Positions 10,972 through 20,012 are shown, counted from the first letter of the stretch. The stretch is 64,000 nt of DNA from Oculina patagonica (GCF_052425735.1 NC_135761.1:63922001-63986000); one strand, 5' to 3'. Numbers and translations are program-made. The notes: generated from the letters alone by a model not told the origin.

Positions 10972-11373
10972 TTAATGGCTCACTCTCGTCGAGGTACGAC
11001 GAACGGTTGGTCGTCCCCCGTCTTTATAGGTCGTAGTGATGGTGTTTGTCGTGGTGATGCCTGCGATGCGACGTCCAGCCGCCACTTGACGTTGATCGTT
11101 GAACAGCATTTGCAATTGACGTTGCATGTCGTCTTGATTCAATCGGTGTGGACCACCCGTTAGCGTTCCTTGACCTGCAGGTACGTTGGACCTCGAGGAA
11201 GCAGGTCTCAAAGTCCCCGTACCCACTGCAGGAGACGGTAATTGATCCAAGTACCGTCTAAGGACTATGGGGTCGATTCGATCCAATGCCTGTTCCAATC
11301 CCCCTCGGTTGACGTTGACGATCGGAATGGTACTAGGACTGGTTCCTACTCCTGCTGGCGAATGTCTTGACAT
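10972..11373 (-). CDS. Maverick hypothetical protein (133 aa)
   Basis: Intact ORF whose stop lies 2 nt before the next ATG. Confidence 0.6.
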   Translation of the reverse strand: MSRHSPAGVGTSPSTIPIVNVNRGGLEQALDRIDPIVLRRYLDQLPSPAVGTGTLRPASSRSNVPAGQGTLTGGPHRLNQDDMQRQLQMLFNDQRQVAAGRRIAGITTTNTITTTYKDGGRPTVRRTSTRVSH

Positions 11374-11585
11374 GTCTTTCTAGCTCTCTCTTCTAATGTC
11401 TGGATCAATTCGCTGAAGTAAGTCTCGTTATATTCTCTCACGAATTTCCACATCTGGCGCTTTTCGGCCAAATGTAGCACAGTTCGCATGGCCTCGTAGT
11501 CCATGTCCTCTTCTCTCATACGCTCGAAATGACAACCGCACAGGTCCAAGAACGCGTGCCACACGTGATCGTTACGTACGAACAT
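11346..11585 (-). CDS. Maverick hypothetical protein (79 aa)
   Basis: Intact ORF overlapping the ATPase stop and the next start. Confidence 0.55.
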   Translation of the reverse strand: MFVRNDHVWHAFLDLCGCHFERMREEDMDYEAMRTVLHLAEKRQMWKFVREYNETYFSELIQTLEERARKTCQDIRQQE

Positions 11586-12237
11586 CTCGAACGAATCTGT
11601 AACATCTCATGCATCCCTCGTCTTTTAAGAGGTGGCTAAAAATCCGTCTGTCGTCGCCACTGGCAGGGTGTAGATCCAATACCATGTAACCAAAGGGTCT
11701 TTCCGTCGTCTTGGTGTAGACGTCCATCACATCTTGCCATCGGGAGGGAAACGCTTGTAACAGTAAATTCCTCATGCCCAATTGATCGCGAGGGTTCTTG
11801 AAAGCCACGATGTAATGCGCATTTCGAGAAATGCTCTTGGCGTATTTTCCCGGCGGAAACATGTCTTGACACAAGTACAGGACGGTGATGTTCCTGTGGT
11901 GGGAAAGTTTGGTGAACAGATCCAATACTCTCTTGTCGTTTCCTCCTTCTTCCATCAGATCGTCCAATACCATCACCCCTCCACGGGGAAACCATTTGGT
12001 CAAATCTACTTCTTCGGGAATCCCTTCGTGAAATTTCACGCCTCGCTTTTTCATGTGCGCGAAACCGTCTTGCCAAGCCCCAAAACAGTAATGAATGGTC
12101 TCAGGGGGTGTACTAAACAACTCTTTTGAGTGATTCAAAAGTACCGACTCGGTAAAACAAGTCTTTCCGCAGCTAGAGGGGCCCACGATCAAAATGCTAG
12201 AGGGCATCCGAAAGCTAAAGGCTTCACCGCGCTCCAT
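11572..12237 (-). CDS. DNA packaging ATPase (A32/FtsK-HerA family)
   Basis: Walker A GPSSCGKT, Walker B MVLDDLM, SHHRNITV and ISRNAHYIVAFKNPRD; likely start MERGEAF at 12237. Confidence 0.93.
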   Translation of the reverse strand: MERGEAFSFRMPSSILIVGPSSCGKTCFTESVLLNHSKELFSTPPETIHYCFGAWQDGFAHMKKRGVKFHEGIPEEVDLTKWFPRGGVMVLDDLMEEGGNDKRVLDLFTKLSHHRNITVLYLCQDMFPPGKYAKSISRNAHYIVAFKNPRDQLGMRNLLLQAFPSRWQDVMDVYTKTTERPFGYMVLDLHPASGDDRRIFSHLLKDEGCMRCYRFVRDVRT

Positions 12238-12369
12238 GGCGAAATGACATTCGTCAAAAAACGAGCAATGATATAAGCATGTTGCAGAAAAAAAGTCTGC
12301 AACGAATCCCGATCTCCCGAGCGACAGACGACACACACCTTATTTATTTCAACGTTTTTATTTGTCATC

Positions 12370-12939
12370 TCACAACAACAAGTGTCTTACACCGCAGAGA
12401 GACGGTTCACAATCCTGATGGTATTCCATCTTACAAATTTTGTGCCACGACGTTTCCTTCGAGATCAATTGCTTCAACATTTGCCCAACTTTATGATCAT
12501 TGTACACGTAATCGTGTTTCTTGAATCTCGCTTCGAATTGACTCATGCTACGTCCTTCGGCCCTATCGATGAGATACATCAACGCGTAATCGCCGCAGCT
12601 CTGACTGTACAACGATTGTAGACTCTGTCCGTTGCGCTCCACGTACTTCCAATGATCGTCCAACCAGTTTTGCAACGGTTGCGCCGTCTGGTACACCTCC
12701 AGGGGTAAGGCGTAACTGTCCAATACTTCGCACACGTTTCCATTCGTCCACAGCGCGATCCAATGCCGACCGCGCATGTAGTGAGGATCGGTGTTGACGA
12801 TGTACCCGCGGGCTTCCGTCTTGAGTGGTTTTCGAGGTAATCGATCGCAGGCCACCGTCCCGTAAAAGTAAGGTTTCAACGACGGGTGATGTCTGGCCAA
12901 CTGATCCAACTGCACGTTATTCAAAGTCACTTTTTCCAT
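12370..12939 (-). CDS. Adenain-like (C5/Ulp1 clan) maturation cysteine protease
   Basis: IVNTD...GRHWIAL (His), LDSY (Asp), QSLYSQSCGDY (Gln/Cys). Confidence 0.93.
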   Translation of the reverse strand: MEKVTLNNVQLDQLARHHPSLKPYFYGTVACDRLPRKPLKTEARGYIVNTDPHYMRGRHWIALWTNGNVCEVLDSYALPLEVYQTAQPLQNWLDDHWKYVERNGQSLQSLYSQSCGDYALMYLIDRAEGRSMSQFEARFKKHDYVYNDHKVGQMLKQLISKETSWHKICKMEYHQDCEPSLCGVRHLLL

Positions 12940-12941
12940 CA

Positions 12942-14345
12942 CTAACGCTGGTACACGTCGTACAACACGGCTTTGTTCTTGTCTATCTCCAAGAGATTCT
13001 CAAACTCTCCGTACACGATGATGGTCAAGTTCACAGCTGGGTTGGCTCCAAAGTTCAGCTCTATTAGTAGATTTCCGGCTTGCTTGGGGTTCATCCTGTA
13101 ACTGTCCACGCATCCATTGGCCACGTTGTCGAACACGAACAACGTGCAATTCTTTCCTTGTCCCCAATCGTCCCCTCTCACCATGTTTCCTTGCTGCTTG
13201 CACAGGCAACCGGTGGCTTGCAAGAAACGGTGGTACCCTCTGAGATCTTTGGTGCCATCGTTGTGGACCAACTCTAGCGTCTCGTAAGGATACTCTTCTC
13301 CTCCCACGAGTTGTTTTATGCTGCTCATTCCAAACTTCTGAAAACAGAAGGGATCGTTGACCACGTTCCCGGTGAAGGCTGTGGACAGTACCATACCCAC
13401 GATCACGCGGTTGGGAATTCTTCCTTGGAACAAATTGGTGCATTCGTACCGTCGTTGATCTCCCTGCATGTTGAAGGTCCGAATCTCGCTTCTTACGGTC
13501 GGGTAACTCACCACTTGACTCTTGGTGGTCATCTCATCCATCAGTCTCCTGTACGTCGTGGGATTGAGACGCACTTGACACAGGTACATTCGAACTTTGA
13601 CTTCCTCGGCCGTCAACTTTCCTGCCAGACCCACTCCGTTCAAGAACACGTCAGGAGAATTGAAGTACATCTGTATTCCTATCTGCACTCTGGGTACCAA
13701 CAACTTGCTCAGATGAAACACTTCGATGAGGGGTTTGAAACGCAACACGTGTCGCTTGCCTTCCGTGTAATTGGCTTGTTCTGCTTTAGAGTTCTTGAGA
13801 GCCTCCTTGTGATTGGCGGTCAGGGCTACATAGTCTGCGTGTCCAGCTCCAGCGTTGGCTGCTGTGTTCGTGTTATTGTCCGTCCACGTGGCTGGGAAAT
13901 CGATATGATTGTACCATCCTTGAGGTTTCAAGATGGTTTCTCCATCACGTCTGTCGTAATTCAGCAACGTTTCCAAGAAGGCTCTGTAATGGTACGTGTC
14001 CGTCTGGGGACTGATGAGAGTACCGTTGAGACGCACGCTGATTTGCTTGAACAGAGAATGGGCTAGATTGTTGACGGGCCACAGCTTGTCGGCAGCTGCC
14101 ACGTTCTCATCGTTGTCTTTCTTCAGTTGCAATTCTACCTCGAAGAAGCTACGGCTGAGATCGATGTAATCTTCTTGGGGGTCGATCTGAAACTCCACCG
14201 GATTGATGCCTGTGGTGTAGGTCTGAACGGGGACCATCCGATACGACGAGACGCTGACGTCTGTCGGTGGTACGGCAAATAGATCCAATCGAGGATTGGC
14301 CTCGCGTCTCGACTGCGGGTAGGCGCTCGAGATGGTTTCGGTCAT
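12942..14345 (-). CDS. Major capsid protein (double jelly-roll, hexon-like), 467 aa
   Basis: LDLF..P.T, PVEFQI..YIDL, PVNNLAHSLFKQI, YHYRAFLETLLNY and C-terminal IIVYGEFENLLEIDK, typical of Polinton MCP; start at ATGA overlap 14342-14345. Confidence 0.9.
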   Translation of the reverse strand: MTETISSAYPQSRREANPRLDLFAVPPTDVSVSSYRMVPVQTYTTGINPVEFQIDPQEDYIDLSRSFFEVELQLKKDNDENVAAADKLWPVNNLAHSLFKQISVRLNGTLISPQTDTYHYRAFLETLLNYDRRDGETILKPQGWYNHIDFPATWTDNNTNTAANAGAGHADYVALTANHKEALKNSKAEQANYTEGKRHVLRFKPLIEVFHLSKLLVPRVQIGIQMYFNSPDVFLNGVGLAGKLTAEEVKVRMYLCQVRLNPTTYRRLMDEMTTKSQVVSYPTVRSEIRTFNMQGDQRRYECTNLFQGRIPNRVIVGMVLSTAFTGNVVNDPFCFQKFGMSSIKQLVGGEEYPYETLELVHNDGTKDLRGYHRFLQATGCLCKQQGNMVRGDDWGQGKNCTLFVFDNVANGCVDSYRMNPKQAGNLLIELNFGANPAVNLTIIVYGEFENLLEIDKNKAVLYDVYQR

Positions 14346-14578
14346 CGTCTTCTCTTCCTTCTTGCACGGCGCTTCCGTAAGGTCTGTATCCAGTCGTAGC
14401 CAGGAGGCTTTCTGACCTCGGGACCTATCCACCCGCCCTTTTGTACTTTTCGTCGTCGCCTCTTTTGTCCCAACAAGGCCTGGTTCAAAAGTGCCAGTGA
14501 GAATCCTTCTCCCCGCTGTCTGACGGGGGCGCGTTTGGATCGGACCAATCTAGACGATCGCGAGTAAACGGGATTCAT
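14342..14578 (-). CDS. Small Arg-rich core-like protein (78 aa)
   Basis: QRGEG-F and QKGG-W motifs; ATGA overlaps at both ends. Confidence 0.65.
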   Translation of the reverse strand: MNPVYSRSSRLVRSKRAPVRQRGEGFSLALLNQALLGQKRRRRKVQKGGWIGPEVRKPPGYDWIQTLRKRRARRKRRR

Positions 14579-14832
14579 TTTTCGCCAAAGATGTCGTTCA
14601 GTTTTCTCTTGACGTTTCGTTCTATGACGTTTTTCAGTTTGCGTTTCACGACTCGTTCAGGACCACTCTTGGCTCCTTGACCCGCTTTACGAATGCGGTC
14701 CGCGACGCCGCGCCCACTCTTAAATCCTCTCACGGCTCCACCGAGAGACTCTCTCACGATGTCGGCCAAAAATCCGTTCCCCTCTTGAGGTGGAGGATCC
14801 GGTGTGAAACGCGTCAGGGCACCGCCTCTCAT
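14575..14832 (-). CDS. Small basic amphipathic virion-like protein (85 aa)
   Basis: MRGG-A and QEGNG-FLADIVRE motifs; lies between penton and MCP; ATGA overlaps. Confidence 0.65.
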   Translation of the reverse strand: MRGGALTRFTPDPPPQEGNGFLADIVRESLGGAVRGFKSGRGVADRIRKAGQGAKSGPERVVKRKLKNVIERNVKRKLNDIFGEK

Positions 14833-15860
14833 GTTCGCTTGATATGTAAGGTCACGATCGTGTTGCCTTCGCCAAAATCCACCAGTTTACCTGTAGTCTC
14901 GCTCACTTGCGTTTCAATAATGTCCACGATCTGGTTGCGGAGTGGAATATATTGTATGTGGAGAGGTTCAAAGTACTTGATACCTTTTCCTTCACGTTGA
15001 AAGTGAATTTCCCGCAACAGATCCGTGACTTGATTTCCCACAACGGAACTACCACCCACATCTGAGTAAACGAAAAGCGTACGCGATGCATCTCCAATCA
15101 CTTTTTGGAAGGCTCTGTTGAGTTTCACAAAGCGCCAGTTACAATAGCAACTCAAGAAAAGCTGTCCATTCTCAACAACCCAGAAATTTTTCCTGCCCTC
15201 TCCAAAATCATCCACGTCTATGGGATCGGGTATCGTAGCGTGGTGGCATTCCGGCTTCAGGTTCGGCCCGAGAAACACGTTTTCTTTCTCGTCCTTTTTT
15301 ACCCATCCCATGTCAAAGGCCAAATCCTCGTTGAAAGACATGTACTATGGGACGCCTTCAGTTTTCACTTCCGAGACGTCCAAGTTCGAGTTGTCGAGGA
15401 CTAGTTCTTCACCTTCCCACTTGAACGTATATTCCCACTGCTTTCCATTATCGGGCGACTTGGTCAAGTCTCCCACGATACGCTTGTATTCTTTGACTTG
15501 ATCGAACTTGAAGACCAGGGCTTTCATGAAACTGAGGCCATCCACGATGTTGTCGTCATATAGAATGTCCTGGAACGTCAGATCGGTGGTCACCGACTTG
15601 CTTTGCACGCGACCCTCGTTGTCTTTGCGCTTGAGCATCCACTGGGCACTCAAGAGAGGAAACTTGAACGACTTAAAGCGAGTTAAGTCGATGCTGGCAT
15701 CTGGCACGGAAATGCTACTCAATCCCACTTTCCAACCGGTTCCTTCCAATCGTAGCGGGTGAGGTAATCGCACCTTGAAAGAGTTTGCTCTATTCTCTGG
15801 AAACTCGGTTCCGCTGCTGTGACTGGGTAACGTGACGTAAAATCCTTCCTCGTGGCTCAT
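14829..15860 (-). CDS. Minor capsid protein (penton, single jelly-roll), interrupted by an in-frame TAG at 15345-15347
   Basis: N-half FYVTLPS..FPEN.ANSFKVRLP..L.G.WKVGL and C-half FVYSD..VGNQ.TDLLR..Y.PL..G..VDF..G.TIVTLH are in the same frame (...GVP*YMSF...). Confidence 0.88.
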
Positions 15861-16945
15861 GATTTTTTTAGAGCCGTCTTCTCGATCCAGCTGTCGTACT
15901 TGTCTGGCCAGCCTTTCCAGTGCACCAAGACTTTATTTCCTTTTCGTTTGACGATCTTGTCCACCCTGAAGACATCGTCGTCGGACACTGCGACTTTTTG
16001 TAGATCTTCCTTGTAAAACGTACCGCGAAGGGGGGTGTCGTCCAACTCTTGGATCTTGTAAGTCGTGACGGGTGGTCCCCGACGCACCTCTCGTATCACA
16101 AACACTTCTTCGGTCCAGCCGGGTAAATACCCTTTCTCGAACGTGCGAAATTTCTTGTTCAATCTCACGCGTTCTCCTACTTTTAGCGGGGTTTTTCGTT
16201 CTCTTTTACCCGACGACAATCTCTTCGCGTACAGACGTTCCCACACTTTTCCTTCGTTGCTCGCATTCACTTTCTCGGGGCTGGTGCCGATGCTACGATG
16301 GTGGGATCCGTTGTACCCTTTCACCAAGGCCTGGAGTACAGGTAGGTAACTCAGCGTGTTCTTGGCGGTAAAGTATCGGTACATGCGTTCCTTGAGAGTG
16401 CGGTTGAAGCGTTCCACGATGCTGGCTTTGGTATCTCCGGCCGTGGAAAAGTGGTGGATGCCTTCCCGTTTCATCAACGCGGCAAACGTCTTGTTGTAAA
16501 ATTCTTTCCCGTCGTCGGTCTGTAGGTTCTGAGGTTTGCGTCCATCGGCTCGTTTCAAAATCTTGGCAAAGGCGCCCGACACCGTTTTTCCCGTCTTGTC
16601 TTTTAGGGGTTCCACCCAAGCATATTTAGACAAGACGTCAATCACGTTGAGTAGATATCTGTGACCCTTGTTGTATTTGGACAACGGTTGCGTTTCCACT
16701 AAATCGGCTACCCACTGCTGGTCGACGTTAAACACCAGGACCGGTAACGTGGCAAAACGACGTCTGCGCGGTTTGTGAAGGGTATAACCCAAATCGCGCT
16801 CCAATACTTTTTTGGCTGTGTCGACGGATATCTTGTGCGATTTGGCGAATCTTGCTATCCCACCCAAGCTACCCGGTTGACTGGGATCGTGGTAGTCCGA
16901 AAGTATCTTCTCGTCCTTTTTCTTTTTCTTCAGCTTCTTTGGCAT
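15857..16945 (-). CDS. Retroviral-like (rve) integrase with C-terminal chromodomain
   Basis: DDE triad WVADL / LQTDDGKEF / SIVERFNRTLK; chromo-like VDKIVKRKGNKVLVHWKGWPDKYDSWI; likely start MPKKLK at 16945. Confidence 0.95.
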   Translation of the reverse strand: MPKKLKKKKKDEKILSDYHDPSQPGSLGGIARFAKSHKISVDTAKKVLERDLGYTLHKPRRRRFATLPVLVFNVDQQWVADLVETQPLSKYNKGHRYLLNVIDVLSKYAWVEPLKDKTGKTVSGAFAKILKRADGRKPQNLQTDDGKEFYNKTFAALMKREGIHHFSTAGDTKASIVERFNRTLKERMYRYFTAKNTLSYLPVLQALVKGYNGSHHRSIGTSPEKVNASNEGKVWERLYAKRLSSGKRERKTPLKVGERVRLNKKFRTFEKGYLPGWTEEVFVIREVRRGPPVTTYKIQELDDTPLRGTFYKEDLQKVAVSDDDVFRVDKIVKRKGNKVLVHWKGWPDKYDSWIEKTALKKS

Positions 16946-16967
16946 GTTGACGACGCTCTGACCACCC

Positions 16968-17243
16968 TCATATATAAGTGCCGTGTAATTTATGAGCTGC
17001 CTCTTCGATCGTGGTCGGATGAAGTTTGTAAATAGAAGCAAACAGCTCGGCTGGATCCTTGAAATGTCTCAACCATAATATAAACGGTATCAATCTGAAA
17101 TAGTTTATTTCTATGTGAGTGGCTTCGAACACTCTCAAGGGGGAGTCACTTGTATCTTCCGGTATATCTATACCCCTCCCAAATTCAGCATACGCTTTCT
17201 CGCACAATCTTTTCAACCACTCCCACTTTCCATACAGATCCAT
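16968..17243 (-). CDS. Maverick hypothetical protein (91 aa)
   Basis: Intact ATG ORF between a polyA signal (about 17257) and the integrase. Confidence 0.55.
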   Translation of the reverse strand: MDLYGKWEWLKRLCEKAYAEFGRGIDIPEDTSDSPLRVFEATHIEINYFRLIPFILWLRHFKDPAELFASIYKLHPTTIEEAAHKLHGTYI

Positions 17244-17270
17244 GACAAATGAACTTTTATTTATACAACG

Positions 17271-18041
17271 TCAATTTAAATAGCCTGCATCAATAAATAT
17301 GTTATCAAAAGATTTTGTACATGTTTCACAACTTCTAGGTCTCCACAGTTTGGCTTTTTGGTAGTCGTCGCCCAGGTAAGCTTCGTCTTTATCCATGGCG
17401 CAACGGTTGCAGAGATCTCTGTCTAACAGTCTATCCGCTATTTCTTGCCAGCGATTGCTTTCTAGGCGTTGCAATTTTACTTGAGTTGCCAGTTGGTTGC
17501 ACAGTTCTTCGTACGTGTTTGCGTCGACCGTGATGGGTTGTTTCAAGTAAGCAGACAATGTCTGGCTTAGGGCTACACTCGCTCTCAACGGGGCGATGAG
17601 ATCTTCTAAACCACTCCGGTCGTCAAAGTTGCAGACGTTCGCGTTCAACCAGAACGAGACGCCATTGCCAATGGGCGGCGGTTTGCGAGACGTCGCGAAG
17701 AAAAAGGCTCGCTGTAATGGCACGTAGACAAATTCATTCCAATGTCTATCCCAGAGATAACCGCGCCCAATGTCTTTGAGGGTCGTTAGGACGGCTCCCT
17801 TCCAGTGAGGGTTCTCTTTGAGCCATTCACTTTCGGTGACGCGGTTCTTGGCACACCCGCGCTCTTTCACCATGTCCTCGAAGACATAGACTCTCCTTGG
17901 AATGTTTTCGGGTATGGTGGTGGGATAGTCTAACGACAACGTACTCATTCCCGTGTCGGTCTGGATCTTTTTTTCTAGCTTTGTACAATTGGTGTAGAAG
18001 AGGCGTTGTTCCAGGTCCATCCAGTTTTTTCTCGTACCCAT
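17271..18041 (-). CDS. Maverick hypothetical protein (about 256 aa) with C-terminal CxxC...CxxC
   Basis: ATG at 18041 one nt after the upstream stop; CNRC...CETC; AATAAA follows. Confidence 0.7.
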   Translation of the reverse strand: MGTRKNWMDLEQRLFYTNCTKLEKKIQTDTGMSTLSLDYPTTIPENIPRRVYVFEDMVKERGCAKNRVTESEWLKENPHWKGAVLTTLKDIGRGYLWDRHWNEFVYVPLQRAFFFATSRKPPPIGNGVSFWLNANVCNFDDRSGLEDLIAPLRASVALSQTLSAYLKQPITVDANTYEELCNQLATQVKLQRLESNRWQEIADRLLDRDLCNRCAMDKDEAYLGDDYQKAKLWRPRSCETCTKSFDNIFIDAGYLN

Positions 18042-18042
18042 G

Positions 18043-18318
18043 TCACTGCTCTTGGCTTGCTTCGGCCGAACCTTTGTGTAATGCACTCTCGAGATCGCAC
18101 ATCCAATGCTCTTGACACTGCATAAACGTGTAGCCGGCTTCCATGCCACGTTTCGCGCGCTCCAATAGGTAATCTTCGTCTGACTGAAAATCGTCCCTTT
18201 TTAGATCCCTATAGTAAGGCAATGGTTCCCAGTCCTTGGGATCTCCTTGTACAAAGACACCGTTGACTTGTGGGGTTTGAGTTTGAGTTTGGCTGGAATC
18301 GCTGTCTGTGCTTTCCAT
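18043..18318 (-). CDS. Maverick acidic hypothetical protein (91 aa), first gene of the leftward unit
   Basis: ATG about 36 nt downstream of the minus-strand TATA box. Confidence 0.65.
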   Translation of the reverse strand: MESTDSDSSQTQTQTPQVNGVFVQGDPKDWEPLPYYRDLKRDDFQSDEDYLLERAKRGMEAGYTFMQCQEHWMCDLESALHKGSAEASQEQ

Positions 18319-18353
18319 CGCTGCAACTGAGTCGACAAATGGACGCGCAGCTC

Positions 18354-18468
18354 TTTTTATACGTTGGATGACGTCACCTGGGTCATTGCCGGTTGGTCGG
18401 AAGAGGTCACGTGTTACTTCTCTGGTTGGTTCGTGCGTATTGACGTCATCCGAGAGTAGAGTATAAAA
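18354..18468. promoter_or_regulatory. Symmetric bidirectional Pol II promoter
   Basis: TATAAAAA (minus, 18354-18361), TGACGTCA at 18369 and 18441, CACGTG at 18408, TATAAAA (plus, 18462), between divergent ATGs at 18318 and 18517. Confidence 0.75.
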
Positions 18469-18516
18469 GCGCCGTGTTGTCTCCTGTTAGTCCTCAGTTG
18501 GAGCATCGAGAGCACC

Positions 18517-19425
18517 ATGGACGTAGCAGAACCCAGCAAAAAGCGACAGAGGAGAGGGACTGGAAACCCCAAGAAACCCAAAGTTCCCCGTAAAAAGAGA
18601 CATCCTACAAAGAAGAAGATGGAGTTGAAAGAGGAAGTGTTGGAGGAGGGGGAAATTTTCGACCCCGACCAGTTCCTGCAACAGACCTTTGACGACACGG
18701 AGCGCGACCCGGTTTGCCCCGTCCACAAAGAACCGCTGACCAAGAGAATGACGGACGGGGGATGGGAGTTCTACTTTTGCCCCCACACGAGCGAAGGCAC
18801 CATCTGTTTCATTTGCACCGGTAGCGCCCACATTGACCAGTACGTGGTGGCGGTCAATCAACAATTACCGGCTTACTATTATTGGAACATGAATAAGATG
18901 AAATGTTACTGCAACGAGAGTCTCATTCTGAGCATGTCGAAATCAGAGAGCAACCCGGACAGGATCTACCTCAAGTGCAGAAAAGGGAAATGTCGGTTCT
19001 TCCAATGGGCCGACAGTGTTCCGTTTGGCAAGATCAAAGCCTGGCTGGAAGGAAAGGAATATGTAGGAAACGAGGATCCCCTCTACTCGAGAAGGTCTGG
19101 ACTTGACTCTAGGGACGAATTTGGATACCCCAGAAGAGGACAAGACGTGGTGGATAGACCGCAACGAATTCTGGATGGGAGACCCGCCTTCAAAGTACAA
19201 CACTACCCACCCCCGGTCAAGGATTGGATTGGTGATCTTCCCTTGGACGAGTCATTGGTCAAACAGTGTCAAGAGCAAAAGTTTTGGGTGGATGGAGAAG
19301 GGAAAATTATTCTTCCCCCGGAATTGGCTGGCGTGAAGTACGACTCGGATGAAGAGAAAATACTGAGAAATCAACTGTATCTGAGATGCATTTCCCAGAA
19401 ACAATATCCTAATTTGGATCATTGA
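18517..19425 (+). CDS. GRF-type zinc-finger protein (302 aa) with basic NLS-like N-terminus
   Basis: KCYCNESLILSMSKSESNPDRIYLKCRKGKCRFFQWAD matches zf-GRF; a second degenerate finger CPVH...FYFCP..C precedes it. Confidence 0.8.
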   Translation: MDVAEPSKKRQRRGTGNPKKPKVPRKKRHPTKKKMELKEEVLEEGEIFDPDQFLQQTFDDTERDPVCPVHKEPLTKRMTDGGWEFYFCPHTSEGTICFICTGSAHIDQYVVAVNQQLPAYYYWNMNKMKCYCNESLILSMSKSESNPDRIYLKCRKGKCRFFQWADSVPFGKIKAWLEGKEYVGNEDPLYSRRSGLDSRDEFGYPRRGQDVVDRPQRILDGRPAFKVQHYPPPVKDWIGDLPLDESLVKQCQEQKFWVDGEGKIILPPELAGVKYDSDEEKILRNQLYLRCISQKQYPNLDH

Positions 19426-19490
19426 GATTTACAGTTTAAACATTTTCATATGTATTCTACGTCAAGCATCAGAGTGCAGTTGGCTCTGGC

Positions 19491-20012
19491 ATGACTCCGG
19501 AAAACGTGTGCATGATCTTGGACTTGGAAGGTTACTTTGTGGAGAAGACGTTTCGAGTACGCGAGTTGGGTTATTACACTTGGCAAGAAAAGTTCGGACG
19601 CCATGCTTTCTACATGAGAATGTCGTGGTGCAACTTATCTTCCAGAGACAGAAAAACCGTGTCTTACGTCAAATACAACGTGCACGGACTGACGTATCAA
19701 CCCAGAAAGGAAGAAAAGGCCTACGAGTATGACAGGGTGGAGGAGGTGATGTGGGATTTGTACGAGGAGACCAAAACCCCCGAGAGAACCGTGGTGGCTT
19801 ACAAGGGAGGACACGTCGAAAGAGACTTGTTGGACAAACTGAACATTCCTAGCGTGAATTTAGAACTGTACGGATGTCCGAAATACGACGTGTTGAAAGA
19901 GATGATTGTAGAACCTTTACCTAGTTGCGGTTTTCATTTAAACGAAGGACATTGTCCGATGACCGAATGTTATGCTTTCTGGTTATGGTACCAGACTTTT
20001 GTTGTTAAATAA
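19491..20012 (+). CDS. DnaQ/DEDD-fold nuclease, Maelstrom-like (173 aa)
   Basis: ILDLEGY..F.VRELG, VHGL, YKGG, NLE..CP and C.FH....HC motifs; AATAAA overlaps the stop. Confidence 0.7.
   Translation: MTPENVCMILDLEGYFVEKTFRVRELGYYTWQEKFGRHAFYMRMSWCNLSSRDRKTVSYVKYNVHGLTYQPRKEEKAYEYDRVEEVMWDLYEETKTPERTVVAYKGGHVERDLLDKLNIPSVNLELYGCPKYDVLKEMIVEPLPSCGFHLNEGHCPMTECYAFWLWYQTFVVK

Noticed and set aside
13311-14066. 251-aa plus-strand ORF, and other antisense ORFs in the Maverick such as 23579-24250 and 8394-8900
   Set aside because: Shadow ORFs opposite well-supported genes, with no recognisable motifs.
15410-15440. TGGGA (TURBS-like) motifs upstream of the penton internal stop
   Set aside because: Explained by Trp-Glu codons and not seen at comparable distance before the ATGA junctions I checked.
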